A stretch of DNA of 64,000 nt from Eledone cirrhosa (taxonomy: Eukaryota), in contig OZ024762.1 of assembly GCA_964016885.1 (NCBI GenBank), positions 29,822,001 to 29,886,000 on the forward strand, given 5' to 3'. How positions within the stretch are numbered: the first letter of the stretch is position 1; every line of letters starts with the position of its first letter. The translations under genes were made by a program, and so were the position numbers. Shown piece after piece: positions 9,581 to 24,300 of this stretch. Below the pieces are notes generated by a model. It saw nothing but the letters and a program-made list of their open reading frames with translations. It ran no database searches and was not told where the DNA came from.

Positions 9581-12549
9581 GCGTACACGGCCACATTACA
9601 GTGTGGACTGTCTGGCGGGTTTTCTACAGCTGGATGCCCTTCCTAACACCAACTACGCTTACAGTGTGGAACTGGGAGGTTTTTACCGTGTTGCCTACAC
9701 GGCCACATTACAGCGTGGTCTGTCTGGCGGGTTTTCTACAGCTGGATGTCCTTCCTAACACCAACCACATTTACAGTGTGGACTGGGAGATTTTTACCGT
9801 GTTGCCTACACGGCCACATTACAGCGTGGACTGTCTGGCGGGTTTTCTACGGCTGGATGCCCTTCCTAACACCAACCACATTTACAGTGTGGACTGGGAG
9901 GTTTTTACCGTGTTGCCTACACGGCCACATTACAGCGTGGACTGTCTGGCGGGTTTTCTACAGCTGGATGCCCTTCCTAACACCAACCACATTTACAGTG
10001 TGGACTGGGAGATTTTTACCGTGTTGCCTACACGGCCACATTACAGCGTGGACTGTCTGGCGGGTTATCTACGGCTGGATGCCCTTCCTAACACCAACCA
10101 CATTTACAGTGTGGACTGGGAGGTTTTTACCGTGTTGCCTACACGGCCACATTACAGCGTGGACTGTCTGGCGGGTTTTCTACAGCTGGATGCCCTTCCT
10201 AACAACAACTACGCTTACAGTGTGGAACTGGGAGGTTTTTACCGTGTTGCCTACACGGCCACATTACAGCGTGGACTGTCTGGCGGGTTTTCTACGGCTG
10301 GATGCCCTTCCTAACACCAACCACATTTACAGTGTGGGCTGGGAGGTTTTTACCGTGTTGCCTACACGGCCACATTACAGTGTGGACTGTCTGGCGGGTT
10401 TTCTACAGCTGGATGCCCTTCCTAACACCAACTACGCTTACAGTGTGGAACTGGGAGGTTTTTACCGTGTTGCCTACACGGCCACATTACAGCGTGGACT
10501 GTCTGGCGGGTTTTCTACGGCTGGATGCCCTTCCTAACACCAACCACATTTACAGTGTGGACTGGCAGGTTTTTACCGTGTTGCCTACACGGCCACATTA
10601 CAGCGTGGACTGTCTGGCGGGTTTTCTACGGCTGGATGCCCTTCCTAACACCAACCACATTTACAGTGTGGGCTGGGAGGTTTTTACCGTGTTGCCTACA
10701 CGGCCACATTACAGTGTGGACTGTCTGGCGGGTTTTCTACAGCTGGATGCCCTTCCTAACACCAACTACGCTTACAGTGTGGAACTGGGAGGTTTTTACC
10801 GTGTTGCCTACACGGCCACATTACAGCGTGGTCTGTCTGGCGGGTTTTCTACAGCTGGATGCCCTTCCTAACACCAACCACATTTACAGTGTGGACTGGG
10901 AGATTTTTACCGTGTTGCCTACACGGCCACATTACAGCGTGGACTGTCTGGCGGGTTTTCTACGGCTGGATGCCCTTCCTAACACCAACCACATTTACAG
11001 TGTGGACTGGGAGGTTTTTACCGTGTTGCCTACACGGCCACATTACAGCGTGGTCTGTCTGGCGGGTTTTCTACAGCTGGATGCCCTTCCTAACACCAAC
11101 CACATTTACAGTGTGGACTGGGAGATTTTTACCGTGTTGCCTACACGGCCACATTACAGCGTGGACTGTCTGGCGGGTTATCTACGGCTGGATGCCCTTC
11201 CTAACACCAACCACATTTACAGTGTGGACTGGGAGGTTTTTACCGTGTTGCCTACACGGCCACATTACAGCGTGGACTGTCTGGCGGGTTTTCTACAGCT
11301 GGATGCCCTTCCTAACAACAACTACGCTTACAGTGTGGAACTGGGAGGTTTTTACCGTGTTGCCTACACGGCCACATTACAGCGTGGACTGTCTGGCGGG
11401 TTTTCTACAGCTGGATGCCCTTCCTAACACCAACCACATTTACAGTGTGGACTGGGAGATTTTTACCGTGTTGCCTACACGGCCACATTACAGCGTGGAC
11501 TGTCTGGCGGGTTTTCTACGGCTGGATGCCCTTCCTAACACTAACCACATTTACAGTGTGGACTGGGAGGTTTTTACCGTGTTGCCTACACGGCCACATT
11601 ACAGCGTGGACTGTCTGGCGGGTTTTCTACGGCTGGATGCCCTTCCTAACACCAACCACATTTACAGTGTGGGCTGGGAGGTTTTTACCGTGTTGCCTAC
11701 ACGGCCACATTACAGTGTGGACTGTCTGGCGGGTTTTCTACAGCTGGATGCCCTTCCTAACACCAACTACGCTTACAGTGTGGAACTGGGAGGTTTTTAC
11801 CGTGTTGCCTACACGGCCACATTACAGCGTGGACTGTCTGGCGGGTTTTCTACGGCTGGATGCCCTTCCTAACACCAACCACATTTACAGTGTGGACTGG
11901 CAGGTTTTTACCGTGTTGCCTACACGGCCACATTACAGCGTGGACTGTCTGGCGGGTTTTCTACGGCTGGATGCCCTTCCTAACACCAACCACATTTACA
12001 GTGTGGGCTGGGAGGTTTTTACCGTGTTGCCTACACGGCCACATTACAGTGTGGACTGTCTGGCGGGTTTTCTACAGCTGGATGCCCTTCCTAACACCAA
12101 CTACGCTTACAGTGTGGAACTGGGAGGTTTTTACCGTGTTGCCTACACGGCCACATTACAGCGTGGTCTGTCTGGCGGGTTTTCTACAGCTGGATGCCCT
12201 TCCTAACACCAACCACATTTACAGTGTGGACTGGGAGATTTTTACCGTGTTGCCTACACGGCCACATTACAGCGTGGACTGTCTGGCGGGTTTTCTACGG
12301 CTGGATGCCCTTCCTAACACCAACCACATTTACAGTGTGGACTGGGAGGTTTTTACCGTGTTGCCAACACGGCCACATTACAGCGTGGACTGTCTGGCGG
12401 GTTTTCTACAGCTGGATGCCCTTCCTAACACCAACCACATTTACAGTGTGGACTGGGAGATTTTTACCGTGTTGCCTACACGGCTACATTACAGCGTGGA
12501 CTGTCTGGCGGGTTATCTACGGCTGGATGCCCTTCCTAACACCAACCAC

Positions 12550-15500
12550 ATTTACAGTGTGGACTGGGAGGTTTTTACCGTGTTGCCTACACGGCCACAT
12601 TACAGCGTGGACTGTCTGGCGGGTTTTCTACGGCTGGATGCCCTTCCTAACACCAACCACATTTACAGTGTGGACTGGGAGGTTTTTACCGGGTTGCCTA
12701 CACGGCCACATTACAGCGTGGACTTTCTGGCGGGTTATCTACGGCTGGATGCCCTTCCTATCACCAACCACATTTACAGTGTGGACTGGGAGGTTTTTAC
12801 CGTGTTGCCTACACGGCCACATTACAGCGTGGACTGTCTGGCGGGTTTTCTACAGCTGGATGCCCTTCCTAACACCAACTACGCTTACAGTGTGGAATTG
12901 GGAGGTTTTTACCGTGTTGCCTACACGGCCACATTACAGCGTGGACTGTCTGGCGGGTTTTCTACAGCTGGATGCCCTTCCTAACACCAACCACATTTAC
13001 AGTGTGGACTGGGAGATTTTTACCGTGTTGCCTACACGGCCACATTACAGCGTGGACTGTCTGGCGGGTTTTCTACGGCTGGATGCCCTTCCTAACACCA
13101 ACCACATTTACAGTGTGGACTGGGAGGTTTTTACCGTGTTGCCTACACGGCCACATTACAGCGTGGACTGTCTGGCGGGTTTTCTACGGCTGGATGCCCT
13201 TCCTAACACCAACCACATTTAGTGTGGGGTTGCGTGGTTTTTACTGTGTTGCTTACACGGCCACATTATAGCGTGGACTGTCTGGCGGGTTTTCTACGGC
13301 TGGATGCCCTTCCTAACACCAACCACATTTACAGTGTGGACTGGGAGGTTTTTACCGTGTTGCCTACACGGCCACATTACAGCGTGGACTGTCTGGCAGG
13401 TTATCTACGGCTGGATGCCTTTCCTAACACCAACCACATTTACAGTGTGGACTGGGAGGTTTTTACCGTGTTGCCTACACGGCCACATTACAGCGTGGAC
13501 TGTCTGGCGGGTTTTCTACGGCTGGATGCCCTTCCTAACACCAACCACATTTACATTGTGGACTGGGAGATTTTTACCGTGTTGCCTACACGGCCACATT
13601 ACAGCGTGGACTGACTGGCGGGTTTTCTACAGCTGGATGCTCTTCCTAACACCAACCACATTTACAGTGTGGACTGGGAGATTTTTACCGTGTTGCCTAC
13701 ACGGCCACATTACAGCGTGGACTGTCTGGCGGGTTTTCTACGGCTGGATGTCCTTCCTAACACCAACCACATTTACAGTGTGGGGCTGGGAGGTTTTTAC
13801 TGTGTTGCCTACACAGCCACATTACAGCGTGGACTGTCTGGCGGGTTTTCTACGGCTGGATGCCCTTCCTAACACCAACCACATTTACAGTGTGGGCTGG
13901 GAGGTTTTTACCGTGTTGCGTACACGGCCACATTACAGTGTGGACTGTCTGGCGGGTTTTCTACAGCTGGATGCCCTTCCTAACACCAACTACGCTTACA
14001 GTGTGGAACTGGGAGGTTTTTACCGTGTTGCCTACACGGCCACATTACAGCGTGGTCTGTCTGGCGGGTTTTCTACAGCTGAATGCCCTTCCTAACACCA
14101 ACCACATTTACAGTGTGGACTGGGAGGTTTTTACCGTGTCGCCTACACGGCCACATTACAGCGTGGACTGTCTGGCGGGTTTTCTACAGCTGGATGCCCT
14201 TCCTAACACCAACCACATTTACAGTGTGGACTGGGAGGTTTTTACCGTGTTGCCTACACGGCCACATTACAGCGTGGACTGTCTGGCGGGTTTTCTACGG
14301 CTGGATGCCCTTCCTAACACCAACCACATTTACAGTGTGGACTGGGAGGTTTTTACCGGGTTGCCTACACGGCCACATTACAGCGTGGACTTTCTGGCGG
14401 GTTATCTACGGCTGGATGCCCTTCCTATCACCAACCACATTTACAGTGTGGACTGGGAGGTTTTTACCGTGTTGCCTACACGGCCACATTACAGCGTGGA
14501 CTGTCTGGCGGGTTTTCTACAGCTGGATGCCCTTCCTAACACCAACTACGCTTACAGTGTGGAATTGGGAGGTTTTTACCGTGTTGCCTACACGGCCACA
14601 TTACAGCGTGGACTGTCTGGCGGGTTTTCTACAGCTGGATGCCCTTCCTAACACCAACCACATTTACAGTGTGGACTGGGAGATTTTTACCGTGTTGCCT
14701 ACACGGCCACATTACAGCGTGGACTGTCTGGCGGGTTTTCTACGGCTGGATGCCCTTCCTAACACCAACCACATTTACAGTGTGGACTGGGAGGTTTTTA
14801 CCGTGTTGCCTACACGGCCACATTACAGCGTGGACTGTCTGGCGGGTTTTCTACGGCTGGATGCCCTTCCTAACACCAACCACATTTAGTGTGGGGTTGC
14901 GTGGTTTTTACTGTGTTGCTTACACGGCCACATTATAGCGTGGACTGTCTGGCGGGTTTTCTACGGCTGGATGCCCTTCCTAACACCAACCACATTTACA
15001 GTGTGGACTGGGAGGTTTTTACCGTGTTGCCTACACGGCCACATTACAGCGTGGACTGTCTGGCAGGTTATCTACGGCTGGATGCCTTTCCTAACACCAA
15101 CCACATTTACAGTGTGGACTGGGAGGTTTTTACCGTGTTGCCTACACGGCCACATTACAGCGTGGACTGTCTGGCGGGTTTTCTACGGCTGGATGCCCTT
15201 CCTAACACCAACCACATTTACATTGTGGACTGGGAGATTTTTACCGTGTTGCCTACACGGCCACATTACAGCGTGGACTGACTGGCGGGTTTTCTACAGC
15301 TGGATGCTCTTCCTAACACCAACCACATTTACAGTGTGGACTGGGAGATTTTTACCGTGTTGCCTACACGGCCACATTACAGCGTGGACTGTCTGGCGGG
15401 TTTTCTACGGCTGGATGTCCTTCCTAACACCAACCACATTTACAGTGTGGGGCTGGGAGGTTTTTACTGTGTTGCCTACACAGCCACATTACAGCGTGGA

Positions 15501-15900
15501 CTGTCTGGCGGGTTTTCTACGGCTGGATGCCCTTCCTAACACCAACCACATTTACAGTGTGGGCTGGGAGGTTTTTACCGTGTTGCGTACACGGCCACAT
15601 TACAGTGTGGACTGTCTGGCGGGTTTTCTACAGCTGGATGCCCTTCCTAACACCAACTACGCTTACAGTGTGGAACTGGGAGGTTTTTACCGTGTTGCCT
15701 ACACGGCCACATTACAGCGTGGTCTGTCTGGCGGGTTTTCTACAGCTGAATGCCCTTCCTAACACCAACCACATTTACAGTGTGGACTGGGAGGTTTTTA
15801 CCGTGTCGCCTACACGGCCACATTACAGCGTGGACTGTCTGGCGGGTTTTCTACAGCTGGATGCCCTTCCTAACACCAACCACATTTACAGTGTGGACTG
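12550..15900. repeat. Tandem duplication, offset 1667 bp (15 monomers)
   Basis: ORF pairs 12972/14639, 13222/14889, 13304/14971. Shared variants gactttct (12721/14388), ggaattgg (~12894/14561), ggcaggttat (~13395/15062), gctgaatg (~14078/15745). Confidence 0.88.
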
Positions 15901-17949
15901 GGAGATTTTTACCGTGTTGCCTACACGGCCACATTACAGCGTGGACTGTCTGGCGGGTTGTCTACGGCTGGATGCCCTTCCTAACACCAACCACATTTAC
16001 AGTGTGGACTGGGAGGTTTTTACCGTGTTGCCTACACGGCCACATTACAGCGTGGACTGTCTGGCGGGTTTTCTACAGCTGGATGCCCTTCCTAACACCA
16101 ACTACGCTTACAGTGTGGAACTGGGAGGTTTTTACCGTGTTGCCTACACGGCCACATTACAGCGTGGACTGTCTGGCGGGTTTTCTACAGCTGGATGCCC
16201 TTCCTAACACCAACCACATTTACAGTGTGGACTGGGAGATTTTTACCGTGTTGCCTACACGGCCACATTACAGCGTGGACTGTCTGGCGGGTTTTCTACG
16301 GCTGGATGCCCTTCCTAACACCAACCACATTTACAGTGTGGACTGGGGGGTTTTTACCGTGTTGCCTACACGGCCACATTACAGCGTGGACTCTCTGGCG
16401 GGTTTTCTACGGCTGGATGCCCTTCCTAACACCAACCACATTTACAGTGTGGGCTGGGAGGTTTTTACCGTGTTGCCTACACGGCCACATTACAGTGTGG
16501 ACTGTCTGGCGGGTTTTCTACAGCTGGATGCCCTTCCTAACACCAACTACGCTTACAGTGTGGAACTGGGAGGTTTTTACCGTGTTGCCTACACGGCCAC
16601 ATTACAGCGTGGACTGTCTGGCGGGTTTTCTACGGCTGGATGCCCTTCCTAACACCAACCACATTTACAGTGTGGACTGGGAGGTTTTTACCGTGTTGCC
16701 TACACGGCCACATTACAGCGTGGACTGTCTGGCGGGTTTTCTACGGCTGGATGCCCTTCCTAACACCAACCACATTTAGTGTGGGGTTGCGTGGTTTTTA
16801 CTGTGTTGCTTACACGGCCACATTATAGCGTGGACTGTCTGGCGGGTTTTCTACGGCTGGATGCCCTTCCTAACACCAACCACATTTACAGTGTGGACTG
16901 GGAGATTTTTACCGTGTTGCCTACACGGCCACATTACAGCGTGGACTGTCTGGCGGGTTTTCTACGGCTGGATGTCCTTCCTAACACCAACCACATTTAC
17001 AGTGTGGGGCTGGGAGGTTTTTACTGTGTTGCCTACACAGCCACATTACAGCGTGGACTGTCTGGCGGGTTTTCTACAGCTGGATGCCCTTCCTAACACC
17101 AACTACGTTTACAGTGTGGAACTGGGAGGTTTTTACCCTGTTGCCTACACGGCCACATTACAGCGTGGACTGTCTGGCGGGTTTTCTACGGCTGGATGCC
17201 CTTCCTAACACCAACCACATTTACAGTGTGGGCTGGGAGGTTTTTACCGTGTTGCCTACACGGCCACATTACAGTGTGGACTGTCTGGCGGGTTTTCTAC
17301 AGCTGGATGCCCTTCCTAACACCAACTACGCTTACAGTGTGGAACTGGGAGGTTTTTACCGTGTTGCCTACACGGCCACATTACAGCGTGGTCTGTCTGG
17401 CGGGTTTTCTACAGCTGGATGCCCTTCCTAACACCAACCACATTTACAGTGTGGACTGGGAGATTTTTACCGTGTTGCCTACACGGCCACATTACAGCGT
17501 GGACTGTCTGGCGGGTTTTCTACGGCTGGATGCCCTTCCTAACACCAACCACATTTACAGTGTGGACGGGAGGTTTTTACCGTGTTGCCTACACGGCCAC
17601 ATTACAGCGTGGACTGTCTGGCGGGTTTTCTACAGCTGGATGCCCTTCCTAACACAAACCACATTTACAGTGTGGACTGGAAGATTTTTACCGTGTTGCC
17701 TACACGGCCACATTACAGCGTGGACTGTCTGGCGGGTTATCTACGGCTGGATGCCCTTCCTAACACCAACCACATTTACAGTGTGGACTGGGAGGTTTTT
17801 ACCGTGTTGCCTACACGGCCACATTACAGCGTGGACTGTCTGGCGGGTTTTCTACAGCTGGATGCCCTTCCTAACACCAACTACGCTTACAGTGTGGAAC
17901 TGGGAGGTTTTTACCGTGTTGCCTACACGGCCACATTACAGCGTGGACT

Positions 17950-20900
17950 GTCTGGCGGGTTTTCTACAGCTGGATGCCCTTCCTAACACCAACCACATTT
18001 ACAGTGTGGACTGGGAGATTTTTACCGTGTTGCCTACACGGCCACATTACAGCGTGGACTGTCTGGCGGGTTTTCTACGGCTGGATGCCCTTCCTAACAC
18101 TAACCACATTTACAGTGTGGACTGGGAGGTTTTTACCGTGTTGCCTACACGGCCACATTACAGCGTGGACTGTCTGGCGGGTTTTCTACGTTGGATGCCC
18201 TTCCTAACACCAACCACATTTACAGTGTGGGCTGGGAGGTTTTTACCGTGTTGCCTACACGGCCACATTACAGTGTGGACTGTCTGGCGGGTTTTCTACA
18301 GCTGGATGCCCTTCCTAACACCAACTACGCTTACAGTGTGGAACTGGGAGGTTTTTACCGTGTTGCCTACACGGCCACATTACAGCGTGGACTGTCTGGC
18401 GGGTTTTCTACAGCTGGATGCCCTTCCTAACACCAACCACATTTACAGTGTGGACTGGGAGATTTTTACCGCGTTGCCTACACGGCCACATTACAGCGTG
18501 GACTGTCTGGCGGGTTTTCTACGGCTGGATGCCCTTCCTAACACCAACCACATTTACAGTGTGGACTGGGAGGTTTTTCCCGTGTTGCCTACACGGCCAC
18601 ATTACAGCGTGGACTGTCTGGCGGGTTTTCTACGGCTGGATGCCCTTCCTAACACCAACCACATTTACAGTGTGGACTGGGAGGTTTTTACCGTGTTGCC
18701 TACAAGGCCACATTACAGCGTGGACTGTCTGGCGGGTTTTCTACGGCTGGATGCCCTTTCTAACACCAACCACATTTACATTGTGGACTGGGAGATTTTT
18801 ACCGTGTTGCCTACACGGCCACATTACAGCGTGGACTGTCTGGCGGGTTTTCTACAGCTGGATGCCCTTCCTAACACCAACCACATTTACAGTGTGGACT
18901 GGGAGATTTTTACCGTGTTGCCTACACGGCCACATTACAGCGTGGACTGTCTGGCGGGTTTTCTACGGCTGGATGCCCTTCCTAACACCAACCACATTTA
19001 CAGTGTGGACTGGGAGGTTTTTACCGGGTTGCCTACACGGCCACATTACAGCGTGGACTGTCTGGCGGGTTTTCTACAGCTGGATGCCCTTCCTAACACC
19101 AACTACGTTTACAGTGTGGAACTGGGAGGTTTTTCCCGTGTTGCCTACACGGCGACATTACAGCGTGGACTGTCTGGCGGGTTTTCTACAGCTGGATGCC
19201 CTTCCTAACACCAACCACATTTACAGTGTGGACTGGGAGATTTTTACCGTGTTGCCTACACGGCCACATTACAGCGTGGACTGTCTGGCGGGTTTTCTAC
19301 GGCTGGATGCCCTTCCTAACACCAACCACATTTACAGTGTGGACTGGGAGGTTTTTACCGTGTTGCCTACACGGCCACATTACAGCGTGGACTGTCTGGC
19401 GGGTTTTCTACAGCTGGATGCCCTTCCTAACAACAACTACGCTTACAGTGTGGAACTGGGAGGTTTTTACCGTGTTGCCTACACGGCCACATTACAGCGT
19501 GGACTGTCTGGCGGGTTTTCTACAGCTGGATGCCCTTCCTAACACCAACCACATTTACAGTGTGGACTGGGAGATTTTTACCGTGTTGCCTACACGGCCA
19601 CATTACAGCGTGGACTGTCTGGCGGGTTTTCTACAGCTGGATGCCCTTCCTAACACCAACCACATTTACAGTGTGGACTGGGAGATTTTTACCGTGTTGC
19701 CTACACGGCCACATTACAGCGTGGACTGTCTGGCGGGTTTTCTACGGCTGGATGCCCTTCCTAACACTAACCACATTTACAGTGTGGACTGGGAGGTTTT
19801 TACCGTGTTGCCTACACGGCCACATTACAGCGTGGACTGTCTGGCGGGTTTTCTACGTTGGATGCCCTTCCTAACACCAACCACATTTACAGTGTGGGCT
19901 GGGAGGTTTTTACCGTGTTGCCTACACGGCCACATTACAGTGTGGACTGTCTGGCGGGTTTTCTACAGCTGGATGCCCTTCCTAACACCAACTACGCTTA
20001 CAGTGTGGAACTGGGAGGTTTTTACCGTGTTGCCTACACGGCCACATTACAGCGTGGACTGTCTGGCGGGTTTTCTACAGCTGGATGCCCTTCCTAACAC
20101 CAACCACATTTACAGTGTGGACTGGGAGATTTTTACCGCGTTGCCTACACGGCCACATTACAGCGTGGACTGTCTGGCGGGTTTTCTACGGCTGGATGCC
20201 CTTCCTAACACCAACCACATTTACAGTGTGGACTGGGAGGTTTTTCCCGTGTTGCCTACACGGCCACATTACAGCGTGGACTGTCTGGCGGGTTTTCTAC
20301 GGCTGGATGCCCTTCCTAACACCAACCACATTTACAGTGTGGACTGGGAGGTTTTTACCGTGTTGCCTACAAGGCCACATTACAGCGTGGACTGTCTGGC
20401 GGGTTTTCTACGGCTGGATGCCCTTTCTAACACCAACCACATTTACATTGTGGACTGGGAGATTTTTACCGTGTTGCCTACACGGCCACATTACAGCGTG
20501 GACTGTCTGGCGGGTTTTCTACAGCTGGATGCCCTTCCTAACACCAACCACATTTACAGTGTGGACTGGGAGATTTTTACCGTGTTGCCTACACGGCCAC
20601 ATTATAGCGTGGACTGTCTGGCGGGTTTTCTACGGCTGGATGCCCTTCCTAACACCAACCACATTTACAGTGTGGACTGGGAGGTTTTTACCGGGTTGCC
20701 TACACGGCCACATTACAGCGTGGACTGTCTGGCGGGTTTTCTACAGCTGGATGCCCTTCCTAACACCAACTACGTTTACAGTGTGGAACTGGGAGGTTTT
20801 TCCCGTGTTGCCTACACGGCGACATTACAGCGTGGACTGTCTGGCGGGTTTTCTACAGCTGGATGCCCTTCCTAACACCAACCACATTTACAGTGTGGAC

Positions 20901-21300
20901 TGGGAGATTTTTACCGTGTTGCCTACACGGCCACATTACAGCGTGGACTGTCTGGCGGGTTTTCTACGGCTGGATGCCCTTCCTAACACCAACCACATTT
21001 ACAGTGTGGACTGGGAGGTTTTTACCGTGTTGCCTACACGGCCACATTACAGCGTGGACTGTCTGGCGGGTTTTCTACAGCTGGATGCCCTTCCTAACAA
21101 CAACTACGCTTACAGTGTGGAACTGGGAGGTTTTTACCGTGTTGCCTACACGGCCACATTACAGCGTGGACTGTCTGGCGGGTTTTCTACAGCTGGATGC
21201 CCTTCCTAACACCAACCACATTTACAGTGTGGACTGGGAGATTTTTACCGTGTTGCCTACACGGCCACATTACAGCGTGGACTGTCTGGCGGGTTTTCTA
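17950..21300. repeat. Tandem duplication, offset 1667 bp (15 monomers, different variant set)
   Basis: ORF pairs 18191/19858 and 18418/20085. Shared variants ctacgttgg (1-bp deletion), accgcgtt, tttcccgt, ccctttct, ggcgacat, aacaacaac. Confidence 0.85.
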
Positions 21301-24300
21301 CGGCTGGATGCCCTTCCTAACACTAACCACATTTACAGTGTGGACTGGGAGGTTTTTACCGTGTTGCCTACACGGCCACATTACAGCGTGGACTGTCTGG
21401 CGGGTTTTCTACGGCTGGATGCCCTTCCTAACACCAACCACATTTACAGTGTGGGCTGGGAGGTTTTTACCGTGTTGCCTACACGGCCACATTACAGTGT
21501 GGACTGTCTGGCGGGTTTTCTACAGCTGGATGCCCTTCCTAACACCAACCACATTTACAGTGTGGACTGGCAGGTTTTTACCGTGTTGCCTACACGGCCA
21601 CATTACAGCGTGGACTGTCTGGCGGGTTTTCTACGGCTGGATGCCCTTCCTAACACCAACCACATTTACAGTGTGGGCTGGGAGGTTTTTACCGTGTTGC
21701 CTACACGGCCACATTACAGTGTGGACTGTCTGGCGGGTTTTCTACAGCTGGATGCCCTTCCTAACACCAACTACGCTTACAGTGTGGAACTGGGAGGTTT
21801 TTACCGTGTTGCCTACACGGCCACATTACAGCGTGGTCTGTCTGGCGGGTTTTCTACAGCTGGATGCCCTTCCTAACACCAACCACATTTACAGTGTGGA
21901 CTGGGAGATTTTTACCGTGTTGCCTACACGGCCACATTACAGCGTGGACTGTCTGGCGGGTTTTCTACGGCTGGATGCCCTTCCTAACACCAACCACATT
22001 TACAGTGTGGACTGGGAGATTTTTACCGTGTTGCCAACACGGCCACATTACAGCGTGGACTGTCTGGCGGGTTTTCTACAGCTGGATGCCCTTCCTAACA
22101 CCAACCACATTTACAGTGTGGACTGGGAGATTTTTACCGTGTTGCCTACACGGCCACATTACAGCGTGGACTGTCTGGCGGGTTATCTACGGCTGGATGC
22201 CCTTCCTAACACCAACCACATTTACAGTGTGGACTGGGAGGTTTTTACCGTGTTGCCTACACGGCCACATTACAGCGTGGACTGTCTGGCGGGTTTTCTA
22301 CGGCTGGATGCCCTTCCTAACACCAACCACATTTACAGTGTGGACTGGGAGGTTTTTACCGGGTTGCCTACACGGCCACATTACAGCGTGGACTTTCTGG
22401 CGGGTTATCTACGGCTGGATGCCCTTCCTATCACCAACCACATTTACAGTGTGGACTGGGAGGTTTTTACCGTGTTGCCTACACGGCCACATTACAGCGT
22501 GGAGTGTCTGGCGGGTTTTCTACAGCTGGATGCCCTTCCTAACACCAACTACGCTTACAGTGTGGAACTGGGAGGTTTTTACCGTGTTGCCTACACGGCC
22601 ACATTACAGCGTGGACTGTCTGGCGGGTTTTCTACAGCTGGATGCCCTTCCTAACACCAACCACATTTACAGTGTGGACTGGGAGATTTTTACCGTGTTG
22701 CCTACACGGCCACATTACAGCGTGGACTGTCTGGCGGGTTTTCTACGGCTGGATGCCCTTCCTAACACCAACCACATTTACAGTGTGGACTGGGAGGTTT
22801 TTACCGTGTTGCCTACACGGCCACATTACAGCGTGGACTGTCTGGCGGGTTTTCTACGGCTGGATGCCCTTCCTAACACCAACCACATTTAGTGTGGGGT
22901 TGCGTGGTTTTTACTGTGTTGCTTACACGGCCACATTATAGCGTGGACTGTCTGGCGGGTTTTCTACGGCTGGATGCCCTTCCTAACACCAACCACATTT
23001 ACAGTGTGGGCTGGGAGATTTTTACCGTGTTGCCTACACGGCCACATTACAGCGTGGACTGACTGGCGGGTTTTCTACAGCTGGATGCTCTTCCTAACAC
23101 CAACCACATTTACAGTGTGGACTGGGAGATTTTTACCGTGTTGCCTACACAGCCACATTACAGCGTGGACTGTCTGGCGGGTTTTCTACGGCTGGATGTC
23201 CTTCCTAACACCAACCACATTTACAGTGTGGGGCTGGGAGGTTTTTACTGTGTTGCCTACACAGCCACATTACAGCGTGGACTGTCTGGCGGGTTTTCTA
23301 CGGCTGGATGCCCTTCCTAACACCAACCACATTTACAGTGTGGGCTGGGAGGTTTTTACCGTGTTGCGTACACGGCCACATTACAGTGTGGACTGTCTGG
23401 CGGGTTTTCTACAGCTGGATGCCCTTCCTAACACCAACTACGCTTACGGTGTGGAACTGGGAGGTTTTTACCGTGTTGCCTACACGGCCACATTACAGCG
23501 TGGTCTGTCTGGCGGGTTTTCTACAGCTGAATGCCCTTCCTAACACCAACCACATTTACAGTGTGGACTGGGAGGTTTTTACCGTGTCGCCTACACGGCC
23601 ACATTACAGCGTGGACTGTCTGGCGGGTTTTCTACAGCTGGATGCCCTTCCTAACACCAACCACATTTACAGTGTGGACTGGGAGATTTTTACCGTGTTG
23701 CCTACACGGCCACATTACAGCGTGGACTGTCTGGCGGGTTATCTACGGCTGGATGCCCTTCCTAACACCAACCACATTTACAGTGTGGACTGGGAGGTTT
23801 TTACCGTGTTGCCTACACGGCCACATTACAGCGTGGACTGTCTGGCGGGTTTTCTACAGCTGGATGCCCTTCCTAACACCAACTACGCTTACAGTGTGGA
23901 ACTGGGAGGTTTTTACCGTGTTGCCTACACGGCCACATTACAGCGTGGACTGTCTGGCTGGTTTTCTACAGCTGGATGCCCTTCCTAACACCAACCACAT
24001 TTACAGTGTGGACTGGGAGATTTTTACCGTGTTGCCTACACGGCCACATTACAGCGTGGACTGTCTGGCGGGTTTTCTACGGCTGGATGCCCTTCCTAAC
24101 ACTAACCACATTTACAGTGTGGACTGGGAGGTTTTTACCGTGTTGCCTACACGGCCACATTACAGCGTGGACTGTCAGGCGCGTTTTCTACGTTGGATGC
24201 CCTTCCTAACACCAACCACATTTACAGTGTGGGCTGGGAGGTTTTTACCGTGTTGCCTACACGGCCACATTACAGTGTGGACTGTCTGGCGGGTTTTCTA

